From Lytechinus pictus (Eukaryota), in NCBI RefSeq assembly GCF_037042905.1, contig NC_087252.1, forward strand, positions 28,148,001 to 28,212,000: a DNA stretch of 64,000 nucleotides. The letters run 5' to 3'. How positions within the stretch are numbered: the first letter of the stretch is position 1; each line of letters starts with the position of its first letter. The notes under the pieces were generated by a model that was not told the DNA's origin, ran no database searches, and worked only from the letters and a program-made list of their open reading frames with translations. The translations under genes and the position numbers were made by a program. Below, piece by piece: positions 50,992-64,000 of the stretch.

Positions 50992-51653
50992 TTCAATGTA
51001 CCATTTCTATTCAACTACGCCTGAATTACCCTGGATCGGCGTCTCACAGCACCCCCCCCCCCCTTCATGATTGTTTGCTAACACAATAGCTTACATCGCA
51101 TGAGGATGTACTGAAAGCAATCGAAGCATCATTTGCTTTCAGACACCACATGTGAACAAACAGACTCGTTCACGTTTGTACTGTGTAAACAATATTGTAA
51201 AATCATAAAACGTCATAGCCTTAGTCTTGAAACTAATTGGGTCAGCGCAAAAGTCTGTAACAAATATTTCTGCATGTACATTTTGCTTTCATATTCTTTT
51301 GCGTTTTACAATTTCAATAGAGACGAAGTTTTAGGTCTATGTTATGAATCTCACATGGCGAAAGAATAATTACCTTATGGGGTGGGTGAAAAAGGAAATG
51401 TGTTGTTTTTCATAAAAGAAATTCTCATATTTTAACTTGCTGCTGCTGCTGCTGCGAAGATCATAATCATTTCAAACCACCAAGGAACATATGGCCTGAA
51501 TGCCTCTTTGAGGAAAATGTTTATCAGGATTAGTACCTCACCAACTTGCGAATGGACAAGGCCTTCTTCAAGTTCTTGGTCACAAGATATTCTTGATAAT
51601 TTGCTTGTTGATGCATACTCCCTTTTCAAGAGAAACATCTCCAAGGGCTCCAG

Positions 51654-51925
51654 GGCTCCATCTTACAAAGGGTTATGATAGATCTGATCAACTTCAACTG
51701 TATGGAAATCCATCAATGTCATATTTTTTTCCGAAAGAAATTTGAACAATGTCCTTTGTAAACAAAGAGAAGCACACTAATTTTTTATCAGAACGATGGA
51801 TTAATGGATATATACAGTATATCTAGAAAATATTTTGAACAAATAGGCATTTTAGATGTTGACGTTGCCGACTTTCCATAGTTGTGGTTGATTGGATCAA
51901 TCGCAACTCTTTGTAAAACAGGGCC
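51654..51925. mobile_element. Harbinger-type MITE, family B copy 2
   Basis: CAG|GGCTCCATCTTACAAAG...CTTTGTAAAACAGGGCC|CAG, a 3-bp TSD. Confidence 0.8.
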
Positions 51926-51946
51926 CAGATTTTAAAGTAAACTTAC

Positions 51947-52010
51947 CGAACATTTCCCCACTGCTTGCGTATTCCGTTACGAGGTATAGCATACTCTTTG
52001 TTTCCATAAC
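51947..52010 (-). CDS. SIK2: SIK coding exon (hinge region)
   Basis: VMETKSMLYLVTEYASSGEMF, with the Thr gatekeeper typical of SIKs; tctAG / GTAAGT; 64 nt; absent from the ORF track. Confidence 0.94.
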
Positions 52011-52068
52011 CTAGATAAAAAATAATAATGGAAAATACAATATATATCTTTCATTTTGAAAATCAATA

Positions 52069-52468
52069 GGCGGTGCTGCACCATCCTGAGTTTGCTCAAT
52101 CTCGAGATTTTAGCCCGATCGGCCCTCTTCGCGATTAATCTTGAGATTCAAGAAACCCCCGTCTCCACCATTGCAAGAAGAGCGATTCCTGCTCGAGCGA
52201 GGCATCGATGCATTATGGTCTGACGCCGTGAATAAATAATCCCGAGTGCGTCTGCACCTACGAATTAGCGCTATACTTCGTAAAATAGCGCGCTATTTTG
52301 CAAATAATCCCAAGTTGACTTGGGATTGCAATCTCGAGACTACTCCTACGAACTAGCGCGATAATTGCGTCTCCATTGCAAATAATCTTGAGATGGTTCA
52401 GATCAGGATAATTTGTCGGATCAGAAATAGCGCGCTAATTTGAAAATTCAGGATGGTGCAGATGGCCC
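52069..52468. mobile_element. MITE with CTGCACCATCCTGA TIR core
   Basis: GGCGGTGCTGCACCATCCTGA / TCAGGATGGTGCAGATGGCCC flanked by TA; CpG-rich interior with repeated TAGCGCG and TCTCGAGA. Confidence 0.7.
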
Positions 52469-52991
52469 TAATGAGTTTGGTTCATCCTCAAAAAGGTCCC
52501 TCCATTTTGGAAGAGGGCATATCCCAACATTAGATGGAAACAATTCCATGTACTACCATGGCTTTTGGAATGGACAAAAATTTTACATTGGCAATCAAGC
52601 AGTAACAATTTCAGCTTTTTGTGTATATATATTGTGAATCTTAATAATTCTTAATTCTTCTTTTATCATATTCTGCAGGCATTGTGTAAACATAAAATGT
52701 ACCATCCAGTCTTTGACTGCCAATCATGTTTAGCAATAAACCTGAATTGAATTGAAAAACATTGGCAATCGATCACTACCTCAGCGTTATTGTTAATATA
52801 AAATTTTCTCAACGTTCTTCTTCACTATACATGTGTATCTATAACCACGGGATCCACTAAACCTATTTCATGACTGTTAAATAACATATTCTGAACTGAA
52901 CCGGAGTCGTACGTACAGGTCCCATCACCCAACCTCCGGGTCTGGATCGCAGACTACTTAGTTTACCAACACACAGTCAGTCATACAGCAA

Positions 52992-52999
52992 TGACGTCA
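52992..52999. promoter_or_regulatory. Full CRE
   Basis: gcaaTGACGTCAatggccgc. Confidence 0.5.
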
Positions 53000-53768
53000 A
53001 TGGCCGCTGCACGAAGATAAAGGACCAGGGTCCAAAGAATGCAATTTATCCCAAATACAAACACCGAACTTCCGAGGTCCCTGCCAGAATTTCTTACCAT
53101 GTTGTGGCGCAGTGTCAGGAAAAAAAGGAAAAAATATATAATACCCAAAGGAACGCAAAATAGCCACATAATAAAATAAGAAAAGAGGAAGGGATGTGTA
53201 GCGAAGAGGAATGAGGAAATATAGACTGGATTGTGATAAAAGTTGAAGCTGCGTAGGATGACATGCATACATGTTTTTTCATACATACCAGTACGTCATA
53301 AAATTTGCTTTTGCGCAGGACACAACAATGTATAAAATAGGATGCATCGGGTTGGAAAATGCCCACTCTTTGACATTTAGGCATGTGCGTGCTGTACAGT
53401 ATACAGCATTATTTTTTAGGATCAAAATATGATAATGAATACAAATAAAAAAAAAACAATTGAGTGTTTCCAAACACTTATATTTTTAGGGGTTATACTT
53501 GTTTAGGGGGCAAAATTGTCCGGATAGAAGAGCCTGCAAATAAACGTGAATAGAGTATAAATGTGACCAATGGATAACCCTTATTTGGGGTCAGTTTGCA
53601 TAAAGTCAGGTCGCACATGGGTACCGCAATACAGTTGAGCACCCCCCCCCCCCCTGGAATCGACAATTGCTTACATATTTCTTGATTATTTCTCTACATG
53701 CATATTTCTACTCTATTATAACAACTGGCTGAGATTCAATAGAGCTCTAACTGCTAGCTAGTCACAAG

Positions 53769-54113
53769 CAGTGTTCTTGCTAGACCCATTTAGTGGTGGT
53801 TGCTATTTCACGGCTTTATAAAGTTTTTTTTCCCAGGCCAAGTTAGCGGTCTTAAAGCCCAAAGTGGAGGATTAGCAAATCTCTGAAAATAAACAAATAT
53901 TTATCAAATACAAGAATATATAATGTAAATATGCAAATAAAACAAGATATAAAGATGGAAATGAATGCAATTCCTCTTTGCAAGGAGTTAGTTTTGAAAC
54001 ACGTTTCATTTGAAATTTGTAGTGGAGGGAAGCAGAGTTTTTCATGAGTGGTGGTCGGCAATCCTCTGTGCCGGTTGGCCCGACCACTGCCATCCACTGT
54101 AGCTATAACACTG
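53769..54113. mobile_element. hAT-type MITE
   Basis: TIRs CAGTGTTCTTGCTA / TAGCTATAACACTG with a degenerate 8-bp TSD GTCACAAG / GCCACCAG. Confidence 0.6.
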
Positions 54114-54300
54114 GCCACCAGCTAGCTGCTAGCTAAACTTATCTGAAAGGTTGTTGGGGCCTTTAGTATGTTGTTAGAGTAGATCACATAATGCTACTTG
54201 TAAATCCAACTGCAATCGCGTTGTACACCTTGTGGTCACTATACAGCATGGAACTATAATACAAATATCATTCATTTCCATCCACCACAGCGCATATTTA

Positions 54301-54483
<183 letters not shown>

Positions 54484-57400
54484 TTAAGTTAAAGCAAGAA
54501 TCAAAACATAAGGCATACAAGGTCAGTGATTTTTCTATTTACTGGTAAATCAAAATGGAAAATCCTTGTTGTTCTTTACCTTTTGTGTGAAAATTCACAA
54601 AATTTACCTCTGCAAAACAGAATTAATTTTCTTACTGTGTATTTTCTATGACAAAACAGAATAGATCAGATTTGAAACATATGTACAGGCTTACAGACAT
54701 GGAAAAGACCAATTTGTTTTTGTTTTTTGAAAAAGAAACTCCTAGCATTCATTTGGATATTCAGTTGTAGTATTAGAAGTGGGGGATTGATTCCTTGAAT
54801 ATGTTGAGGTTCATAAATGGATAAAAATTTAGAGTTTTACGGCAGGACTCCTTTTTATTCTGGGCTGATATCAAAACACAAAATGTAAAGAGCAAGAAAA
54901 GAATTAAAATTTTTGGCAACTTTATCATCACTTCCTGTTCAACAATCCCTCCTCTGCTTCTATAATATCATGGACCTATTAGGTCCATGATACCCCCAAA
55001 TGAGGGGGGGGGGGTGGGGGTCCATCCTTCATTTGCTCATTCTTTCCATTATTATTCTTCTTTTCATCCATGGATATCATCATTCTCATACATCTTCTCT
55101 TATTATTTCTCCTCCTTCATTCTTATCCCCGCCCTCCCCCATAAAATATTTTTTTTCACTTTTCCCTTGTCAGAAAATGTGTGCACTATCAACATAACAT
55201 GCAAGTATACTGCGGTACAAACTAGTATCATGAACCGCATTTATAAAAAGACGCCCCCTGACATTTACCTTGCACACCTCGAAGATGGCCTACGCAGGAA
55301 AAGCAAACAATCGGAACATTATGAAAAGGTGACCACAAAATAGAATTTATACCTGGTATGTGTTCACTATTATTTACACAAATGGTTCTACGACTCTCTT
55401 TATATAGATGTATGGATATTTCAGCTTTGTGAGGATGAATGTGGTTTAAGTGGTTGCCATATTATAAATGACTGAAAAGTTTAAAATCAATTGTTAGTAT
55501 AGAAGGGGCATTGTGATAAAAAGAACAAGTTCATGGACGAGAATATATTACATGTATGTAATAATAATAAAAAATAATGCAGCTTCTTCTTGTATATAAA
55601 GTACATTTAATCTCTTGAGGTTATAAATGGCAACGGTACAATAGAAAAATATGACCTATTTGTTTGAGTGGCTGGGAAAAAAAGACAAGAAAGAATTGAA
55701 AGATTGCAAGAAGATGTATATTTTTTGTTTCTAATTGATCCTGAGAAACGGGAAAGGCTTTTCATATCTAAGGGAAAGGTCGTACATGTAAGGACACCTC
55801 TTAGAGAGATAGAGAGAGAGAGGGGAAGAGGAAGAAAGAAGGGAAGAGGGGGAGACAAAAGGAGAGAGAGGAAATAAAGAGGGCCATCAGAGTCGGACAA
55901 AAGAGACGTTAAAAAAAGAGAAACAGATAAACATATATAGAGAGAGAATGGGACAAAGAGAGAGAGTGACAGAGAGAGGGAGAGAAAGATAGAAATAGGA
56001 ACGTCATCATCGTACGAGATAGATTGATTTTTCTAGTCTGTGGACATCACCTGGCCCTATGTTTGATTAAGACCAGGCAGCCTACGTCATACCTCTGTCT
56101 CCCAAACACGCAAAAAATACCGCATACATCACAAGATGTCGTCCTTGTTTTTGCAAACCAATCCTTGTTTTTCGTATTGGCCCTCCACCCGAGATGTCTG
56201 TTGCCCTCGTAATGGAATATTTTTTAACACGATTCCTATTATTTCCATTAGAAGTGACGAGTTTCGGCAAAGATGGTGCCAACAGAAGTACTATATGACG
56301 TAAGTTTGTAAATAACAAGAGGGTCACAAAATACGGGTGCTTTATCATTTGCAAAGTTATTCAAATAGAAAAAAAATTAAATGAAGAACCGACTGTTAAG
56401 AAATCAATTTTAAACAATAAAAGCCTTTCATTGCATTTACAGTACATATTTTATGCAATGTGGGGCAGAAAATGGCATATTGGGAAATATTTCGGAAAAG
56501 TCGATAGCAAGCAAAAATCTTGCAGTTCTGAAATAAAAACATTAATTTAGTGATAGATTCTGACATAACATTCAGAAAACTACATGAAGATCACATTTTA
56601 AACCATGTTCAATATTATTTTCATTATTTATGTCCTCATCTTTTTTTTATATTCTTGATTGTTGAACCTTTGTGGGAAGGGGCGGGTGGGAAGAACCCCA
56701 TTTTTAAGCTAGTGAATGTGATTTTAATTGTATAAGTTTACAATTTCACATACATGTCCATGTAAATGTAGTTCACCAAACTAGATAGCAGCAGCTTCTG
56801 GTCAGAGAAGTATTTCTCAAATTATGACCCACACCCCCGTCCCCTACCACCACCCCCCCCCCCCTCCATTATTCCATAAAATCCCCAGAAGGATATATTA
56901 ATATAGTCAGTCTTTATCACTTAGCACTGGATTGTATTCTTTGAGCAATACATGAATGTATATATGGGACTTGTCCATCCCATACATCTCTATACATAGG
57001 CCTAAACATGCCATGTTATTTACATGTACATGTATGTTCCCCTCTCCGCCACTTGAGCAGATCGATTGCGTAAATGAGTTCTATAAATACTTTCCTGACA
57101 TGCTTGCGTGTATTCCAGGCCATGCTATTTGTGGAAGGAGGCATCCCTAAAAATATCCCAGGAAATCATTCCATATCAGATCTATTTTTTCCTTCTCACT
57201 CTAAACACTAATACCCAGCGGGGATATATAGTATGCTCGTGACCATGGGGAGATTGTTGGGAAAAGTTTGGTCAGTGAAAAGTGTTATAAAGTTACTGTA
57301 ATTCCTTGCATCTCTATCATGCTAAATGAAAATCACTGACTAAAATCTTGAATTTCATTCATAATCAATGAGCAGACTAGTATAATACAAGTAATTTGTA

Positions 57401-58555
57401 AGACAACGGTGATGATGATGGTGAAAGAAATACTAAACCATATAATATAAGAATAATGATATAATAATAATGATAATAATACAAATCAATGATGATGATG
57501 ATAATAATAATAGTGATGTCAACATCAATAATAACAATACAATAATAATAATAATGATAATAATAATGATACCCTAATAATGATAATACATCAACATTTT
57601 TGTTGAAAAGGGAATCAAAGGCATTTTATGGCAGGCCTACAAATGTACTAAAATATTGTTATACGGTAATGATAAATAAATTCAGTGAAGTTCAATATTT
57701 CCTGCTCTTTCCTCAAAAGTCTCTTTTTGTTTATATGTATGATTGATACTCTGTCACAGATAGTAGAATAAAGGATTCATATTAGTATGAGAATAAAATG
57801 TATTAGCTGTCACAAAAAATAATTTATGAAAATGTTTCACTCTTGTCTAAGAAATGTTCATCGAAAATGTTAACTATCTAATATTGATGTACAGTTAATG
57901 AAAAAGATATTGAGAATACATAATTTACCTTGTGAAACGGATATACCTGTGGGTTTTAATGTTTTGAATTATAATGATGTTTCCTTTGCCATTTTCATTG
58001 AAATCCTAAGTCTTGTTTCTGCTATCGTTAATCATGTTTCAAAGGTGAATTATATCGTTAATTTAGTTCTTTTACTTCCCCTCCCCCTTGGCCATCTCCC
58101 TCTCTCTCTCTCTTTAAAGACAAATCTATTCTCATCATATTTCAAATAACACCCCCCCCCCCACCCCTTCTGTGTAAGAATTCCCTCTAGAGAGTCTCGG
58201 CTAATCTCTGAATAGGAAACTAAATAGAAGGCGCACTCTAAATGCTAATATTATTATTAGATTTCAGGATAAAGGGCCGCTTTCAACAATACCACAATCA
58301 CTGCATATGAACAAATTCATGTACATATACTTTGCCTTTCAATCCATTAGCCATTTGCTAGTATTGGTCAAACGAATTACAGAAACTTCACAATATTACT
58401 CATTATGCATAGCATATGCAGCTGGTCCAAGGTACATGTATTATGCATTCACAACCATAGAACGTCATAGTTTACTCAATCCACCTCACTACTGCTGGAA
58501 AGGCACTTATATGAGGGAACCCAGGACGTACGGGTGTACAGCCAGTGCTCTACAT

Positions 58556-58563
58556 TGACGTCA
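58556..58563. promoter_or_regulatory. Full CRE at the edge of a CpG-rich island
   Basis: catTGACGTCAtagg, with a half-site TGACG at ~58663. Confidence 0.5.
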
Positions 58564-59269
58564 TAGGAAACATGTACTGTTCTGGCTATGGAACCGTCGG
58601 ATCCATGTCCCTTTGCCATGCAGAGCTTGCTGGCGAAGACGAGCAATTAGTATGCCGCTCGATGACGTGAGGGGCTTGCAATTTGCGTGAGCACTCCCCG
58701 ATCCCCTTCTCCGAATCGGGCTCCGTCATGCCAGGATTTGCGGCGTAATCTCCCGACCCTGCGTGTTGTTTTCGTCCAAAGTTCCTCAAGTACACACGCA
58801 CGGTTGATAGGAAAGGAGAGAGACGGAGAGAGGAGGAGAGAGAGGGGCAAATCTCAAAGCACTCATCAGACTTGCTATATTTAAGATAGGGCTTATTTGG
58901 GAAAAAATCTATTTTGGAGTATTTTTTCCTTTACGAACCGAAGGGAGTACAAATGCGTCAATTGAGCAAAAGCAATACTGCGCTTCATTGATTATTGCCA
59001 TCTTACTGTTTTCTCTCTCAGCTCTCAAAAATACCCATTTTTGTCCAGCTCCCTAGTGTGTCTGCCGGGCTGCATGTTACTCATTGTTTACTAATGTTTT
59101 TTCTCCTTTTTGTTTTTTTATTTCTACCATTATCAAATTAATGAATTAAGGTTACCATTGTTTCAACTCACAATCTCTAAGGACTTCAATAAAATTCTTA
59201 AATAGATTAAAAACAATAATCATAATAACACTTATCAAATAGATCTTTAAAATCATGTAACTATAGCCT

Positions 59270-59442
59270 AATAAATAATAATTAATATAGGATTTATATT
59301 ACGCAAGTATCCACCTTGTTACGTGCTCAAGGCATTTCCATATTACCCAAGCTAAGCTAGACTACCTATTCCGGTGTTCACAGCTTTTTGAGGAATTACT
59401 TCCTGCCCGTACCCATTTTCCTCACCTGGGTTGAGTGCAGCA
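59270..59442 (-). mobile_element. 5'-truncated SINE (same tail as 23617-23913)
   Basis: Reverse complement of the central domain and tail of the 23617 copy. Confidence 0.8.
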
Positions 59443-59883
59443 TGCCTTACTGGGGTTACACCTATAAATTCTAGGGTAAAAATTTCAAATTGTTCAAGGC
59501 ACATGAAGAAATAATTAAATATGATAGGGCCTATAGATTTGATTTTGACCAATAACTCAAGCAACTCAAGGTTTTTTTTTAACGTTACGTTTTAATACAT
59601 GCATGTAAAACAATATGGTGAAGAAGTACTCCTGCCCCTGTGTATAGGCCTACGGTTCTATTTTCCTTACTGTCCATTGTACCCCTTCTCATTATCAATC
59701 ATGACCAAAAAATCAATTGCACAAGTATTCCTGCCAAAATAGCCCTCTATCAATTTTCTCTGCGACACTATTTATAAAACCAAATAATGTAACACTTACA
59801 GCTATTGAGACTTTTATGATCACATCACATGGTCTTTTTTTTTTTCCTACCCTTATCTGCGAGTCATCAGAATAACCCTCCTT

Positions 59884-59891
59884 TGACGTCA
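59884..59891. promoter_or_regulatory. Full CRE
   Basis: cttTGACGTCAcagc. Confidence 0.45.
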
Positions 59892-60125
59892 CAGCACAGA
59901 TGCAATCAGCGATGCAAATGATTGGGTAGCTTTTTGGGGTCAGATAAATTGATAATGGAAAATAATCAGGAGTTCGGCTCCATATCTAACACGTTTTCCC
60001 TCTCTCTCTCCTATTCAGCAAGCAAAAAAAAATAAAATCTAGGTTGTTTATTACTTTCAGTATTCATATTCCCATGACTAACAATTTTGCCTCAAAATCC
60101 AAAATATTTGTTACTTTTCATTTCA

Positions 60126-60375
60126 TTCCCTTCTGCATTCATCTCTGAAAAAAAATTATATTTGAATTTTCACAACATATTTTGTTCCAAAATTGCAAGT
60201 ATCCATGTAAGTGAATGTCTTTTTGTTTGAGTCTGAGAGGGTTTTCCCCTTCTGCATTCATCTCTGAAAAAAAAATTATATTTGAATTTTCACAACATAG
60301 TTTGTTCCAAAATTGCAAGTATCCATGTAAGTGGATGGAATGTCTTTTTGTCTGAGTCTGAGAGGGTTTTTCCCC
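60126..60375. repeat. ~120-bp tandem duplication
   Basis: cccttctgcattcatctctgaaaa...gagtctgagagggttttcccc occurs twice. Confidence 0.9.
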
Positions 60376-60612
60376 TACTTTGCCAAATTTACACTATTCT
60401 AGTGTTCAAAAGCAATACAAAGCTGAGGAAAATAATACAATAAAGGCCTAATGCATTACCATGATTACTTTGAATACACAAATGCACGTACATGTGTCCA
60501 TATTTAATTAAAAAGGGAATTTATCCATATGATACAAATTGTATCATATGGATAAATTATCATTGAACTATGTATAGCCGCGTGGGACCCCGGCGTGGGA
60601 CTATGTACAATA

Positions 60613-61035
60613 GCGCATACATTCGTAATTCCGAAGCACCGTTATTCCGAAGGTTCGGATATTCCGAAGGTTCGTTATTCCGAAGGTTCGTATTTCCGAA
60701 GGTTCGTAATTCCGAAGGTTCGTTAGTCCGAAAACGAAATGAGGTTCGTAATTCCGAAGGTTCGTTAGTCCGAAAACTAATGATTAACGAGCCTTATTTC
60801 GTTTTCGGACTAACGAACCTTCGGAACAACGAACCTTATTTCGTTTTCGGATTATCGAACCTTCGGAATAACGAACCTTTGGAATAACGCCACAAATGTT
60901 CGGATTAACGAACCCTTTTACGTTTTCGGATTAACGAACATCGAGGTATAGGCAATTTACGTGTTTCAGAATTACGAACCTTCGGAATAAAGAACCTTCG
61001 GAATTACGAACCTTCGGAATTACGAAGTGTAACCG
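60613..61035. mobile_element. Foldback MITE with 16-17-bp tandem subterminal repeats
   Basis: (TTCCGAAGGTTCG)n on the left and (CGAACCTTCGGAA)n on the right; right terminus GAAGTGTAACCG|TA. Confidence 0.8.
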
Positions 61036-63186
61036 TACAATAGGTAAACAAAAGAAATTTACTAAATTTATGAATCTCCTGAAGAATGACAATGAAGGAA
61101 GTGACATGAAGTCTCTGCCACAAATCAATACCTCAATGACTCTAGTCTGTATCCTACACACAAACATTAATACCCCTATACCAACAGTAATGTCTTTTAC
61201 ACCCCCCCCCCCGTCTTTAAGTCAGTTAGCATTCCATAACTTAACTATTAGCAACCATTTCATTTGCACTTACTGTATATAAATGAGTTGATTTTTTTTT
61301 GTGTGTGTGGTTGTTTAGCCGACCTCACATTAACATGTGTGTCCTCAGTTTGCTCAAAATTGTAGGGTGGCAGCGGTGGGATCAAAACCAATTTAATCAC
61401 AATCATTTTGATTTAACTGTTTCTTTTTGCAATCATTCTTCAAGACATTCCCTGATCAAATGTATCTTGCATACATGTATGTCTTGAGACCCGACACACA
61501 GCCTATATACCATGCAGGCCTGTTTCTTTTTGCACCCGAGGAGAATTCGGCATTGAACCACGGTTGTACTGCGTTTGACACTCCTTCATAAAGCTCAAAG
61601 TTTACCTGGCAGATAAACAAAATACAATCACTGCCAGGTCACTTCTTATCAGTTACAGACATCTCTCACACGTTAATCCTCTTGATTACCCTCAATCAAT
61701 ACACTGTTAATCCCATAACCAAACTGAGACCCCTTACTTAATCCCTTTTAGCTCTAATCAAAACACCTCAATGAAGTGTGCAGTTGACAATGGGATTGTT
61801 AATATGTTAATTGCATTCCATGAATTTTGAAAGAAAAAAATAGGCCTACAGTTACATGAAGAACCAGTAGACTTAAATTTCCTGCCAGTGCCTACTTTAG
61901 GTTTCAGATTTAATCAAATAATCCAATGCAGAGTGTAACTTTACACTGTCTCAAAATTAGAAAATCATCCCTAAACTATGTAGGCCTACATGGACTTTTA
62001 TGAAGGAACTACTCAAATCAGCATTTTTCATTGAAGTTGTGGATATGATTATGATCTGTAAGATCACATTTATCCTACATATCCCTTACCCATCAGTTTC
62101 TACAGAGGCCTCAAACTGACAACATGTTTCGGATTGTATCTGACATTGTATCTGACATGATCTGGTTTCTGCACTTGGCAAAGGGATTTCATTTCACACC
62201 AAAGAATGCAACAAAAAGGAACCAAATCAAATGGTCAACTAATTTTTATTGTTAACTTAAGCCAATTTCATATTGCATATTTTGTGTACCTACGATACAT
62301 TGAACTATTAAAAAGTGCAGTTTGTTAAAAAATGGTAATAAATTTGTTACCAGTGAAATGATATTGGATGAGGGACAGGGAATGAAATGCAATGAGGGTA
62401 GGAAATATTTAAATATTTTCTGGAGCTTTTTTGGGACGGTTGCTGATCTACTTTTTTTTTTTGGGGGGGGGCAGTTCCATTTCAAGGACTCTTTTTTGTC
62501 GCAACAATAATGTATTCATATATCATCACTCTGCCTGTCTGCCATCCATAGTACCATTGTTTATGGAAGATCTTGGGGCCACACTGGAAAAAAAAGCTAT
62601 AGCATTCGATTTGAAAAGAAATTCGGGGTGATTTGAGATGTGATGAGGGCCAAATCGCCCATTACCCTCGTGTAGTTCCTATGCTGAATTGTTTTTAGTA
62701 ACAGGAAGGGAAATTAGACAGAACCAATCATCCCATATACTAATAAATATAAAATCAATGAAATTGGAGAAGAGACAGAGAGAGGAAGAACATACCGGAT
62801 GTAAACATTCGAAAGGAAGAAAGGCTACTGTCATAATAAAATAGGCCTACCAAGTGTTTGAAAAACAGTCTAAAGACCAATGGATGTGGGTGTGGCCGCA
62901 GCATGTAAGCTTGCTGATGGCTTACCTTACATAGCAACAAATAATGCAAGTAGGATTAAAAGTAGGACGCGTAAACATGTATAAGTTGATCAATCCTAAC
63001 AAGCCAGTGAGCTTAAGGAGTGTCGTGTCGCATGATCCTCAAAATAAAATCATATCTGCTTCAAGCGAATAGGGTTATTACGTGAAAAGACAATACATGA
63101 ACACATAGTCTATCCATAGGCTAACTTTAAAGGTGCTATTTTTGTCACTATTTGCACCATAGCAGGGGGATACCACTGTACTTTAA

Positions 63187-63566
63187 TACCCCTTTCATAA
63201 ACCCAATTATGCGGCTAATAGCAGCATAATTTGGTCGTAAAATCGGAGGAGGACCAGAGTTATCCGCATTATTTTGATGCTGCAATTATCCGCATAATAG
63301 CAGCATCGGGACAAGATTTTGAGTTTATGAACGTATTTCCAAATAATGCGGATAATTGCCATGGTGCGGTCACAAGGTCACCCTTTTCCAACACAACCGC
63401 ATCGGAGGGGGCGTGTCCAGTTGTCATGATGATTATCCACCTTTTTCAGGACGGGCGCTCGTAAAAATAATGCGGATAATTTTCGGAGTTTGTGAACGCA
63501 ATTCTTATTGAATTATCTGCATTACTATTAGGCGGCTAATTGGAGGATAGGTTTATGAAAGGGGTA
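63187..63566. mobile_element. Young PIF/Harbinger-type MITE, family C copy 2
   Basis: TAA|TACCCCTTTC...GAAAGGGGTA|TAA; near-identical to 35749-36146. Confidence 0.9.
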
Positions 63567-63839
63567 TAAGAGCATTAGCATGCCCCTTCAATATTTTACT
63601 CTTATGGTGAAATACACTCCTTTAGAAACAATGCATTGGTTTTTGCCTTCATTGATCAAGATGTCAACAGGGTTAACTAGGTAAAACATGACAGGATGTT
63701 GGCATAAGGGTGGGGTGGAAGAGGGTGGGTGGGTGGGGGGGTCATCATATCAGCTGGACCCGATCATCCGCCAACCCTTCATTGTCTTGTAAGGGGTTAT
63801 GACCAAATAAAATCCTGAGAGAGAACACATTCTCCATTT

Positions 63840-63847
63840 TGACGTCA
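63840..63847. promoter_or_regulatory. Full CRE
   Basis: tttTGACGTCAttc. Confidence 0.45.
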
Positions 63848-64000
63848 TTCTGAGCATGACCTCCCAGGAGCCTTCACACTGAAAGGTCACCAACCCAGGA
63901 CCCTTGCCATACTGTAGACGTAGTAGTCTCACAATTCAGGCTTTAATTGGACAAACTGAATATTTACTCGCCTACATTGTGATGTAAATGTTGTAGCAGT

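Noticed and set aside
50515-51024. 169-aa ORF
   Set aside because: It overlaps a 148-bp tandem duplication whose copies are read in different frames; no recognisable domain.
60613-61035. CRISPR-like array or repetitive protein (ORFs 60570 and 60931)
   Set aside because: These are tandem subterminal repeats of a foldback MITE in mirrored orientation; the ORFs are by-products.

Overview
Eukaryotic (animal) genomic DNA from a draft assembly with two N-gaps. It is AT-rich and dense in repeats. The repeat style suggests a marine invertebrate deuterostome, probably a sea urchin, but this is inference. There are two convergent spliced genes. (1) A complete four-exon MRPL41 (mitoribosomal mL41, 122 aa) on the + strand: CDS 1523-1622, 5273-5308, 6742-6806, 8912-9079. 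(2) A salt-inducible kinase of the SIK1/SIK2 type on the - strand, with seven coding exons in the window: 54456-54340, 52010-51947, 44056-43941, 39651-39481, 23318-23195, 22666-22449, 21891-20128 (857 aa). Its first, Gly-loop exon was not found and presumably lies beyond 64000; its 3'UTR probably runs ~5.8 kb to ~14310. The remainder is introns and intergenic DNA filled with MITEs (Kolobok/T2-, Harbinger-, hAT-, mariner- and Mutator-like), tRNA-derived SINEs, an L2 remnant, foldbacks and microsatellites. The most notable observations are: (a) strong over-representation of TAGGCCTA and TACATGTA, with one locus (1692-3048) where TSD reconstruction shows such units were added one after another at a single TA, consistent with stacked transposon excision footprints; (b) eight perfect CRE palindromes through the SIK introns, suggesting a CREB/CRTC-SIK feedback loop; (c) a TIR element carrying a promoter and a frameshifted SAP-domain gene relic; (d) inverted repeats that extend beyond a MITE's ends in an MRPL41 intron. 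No prokaryotic-type system (CRISPR etc.) is present.
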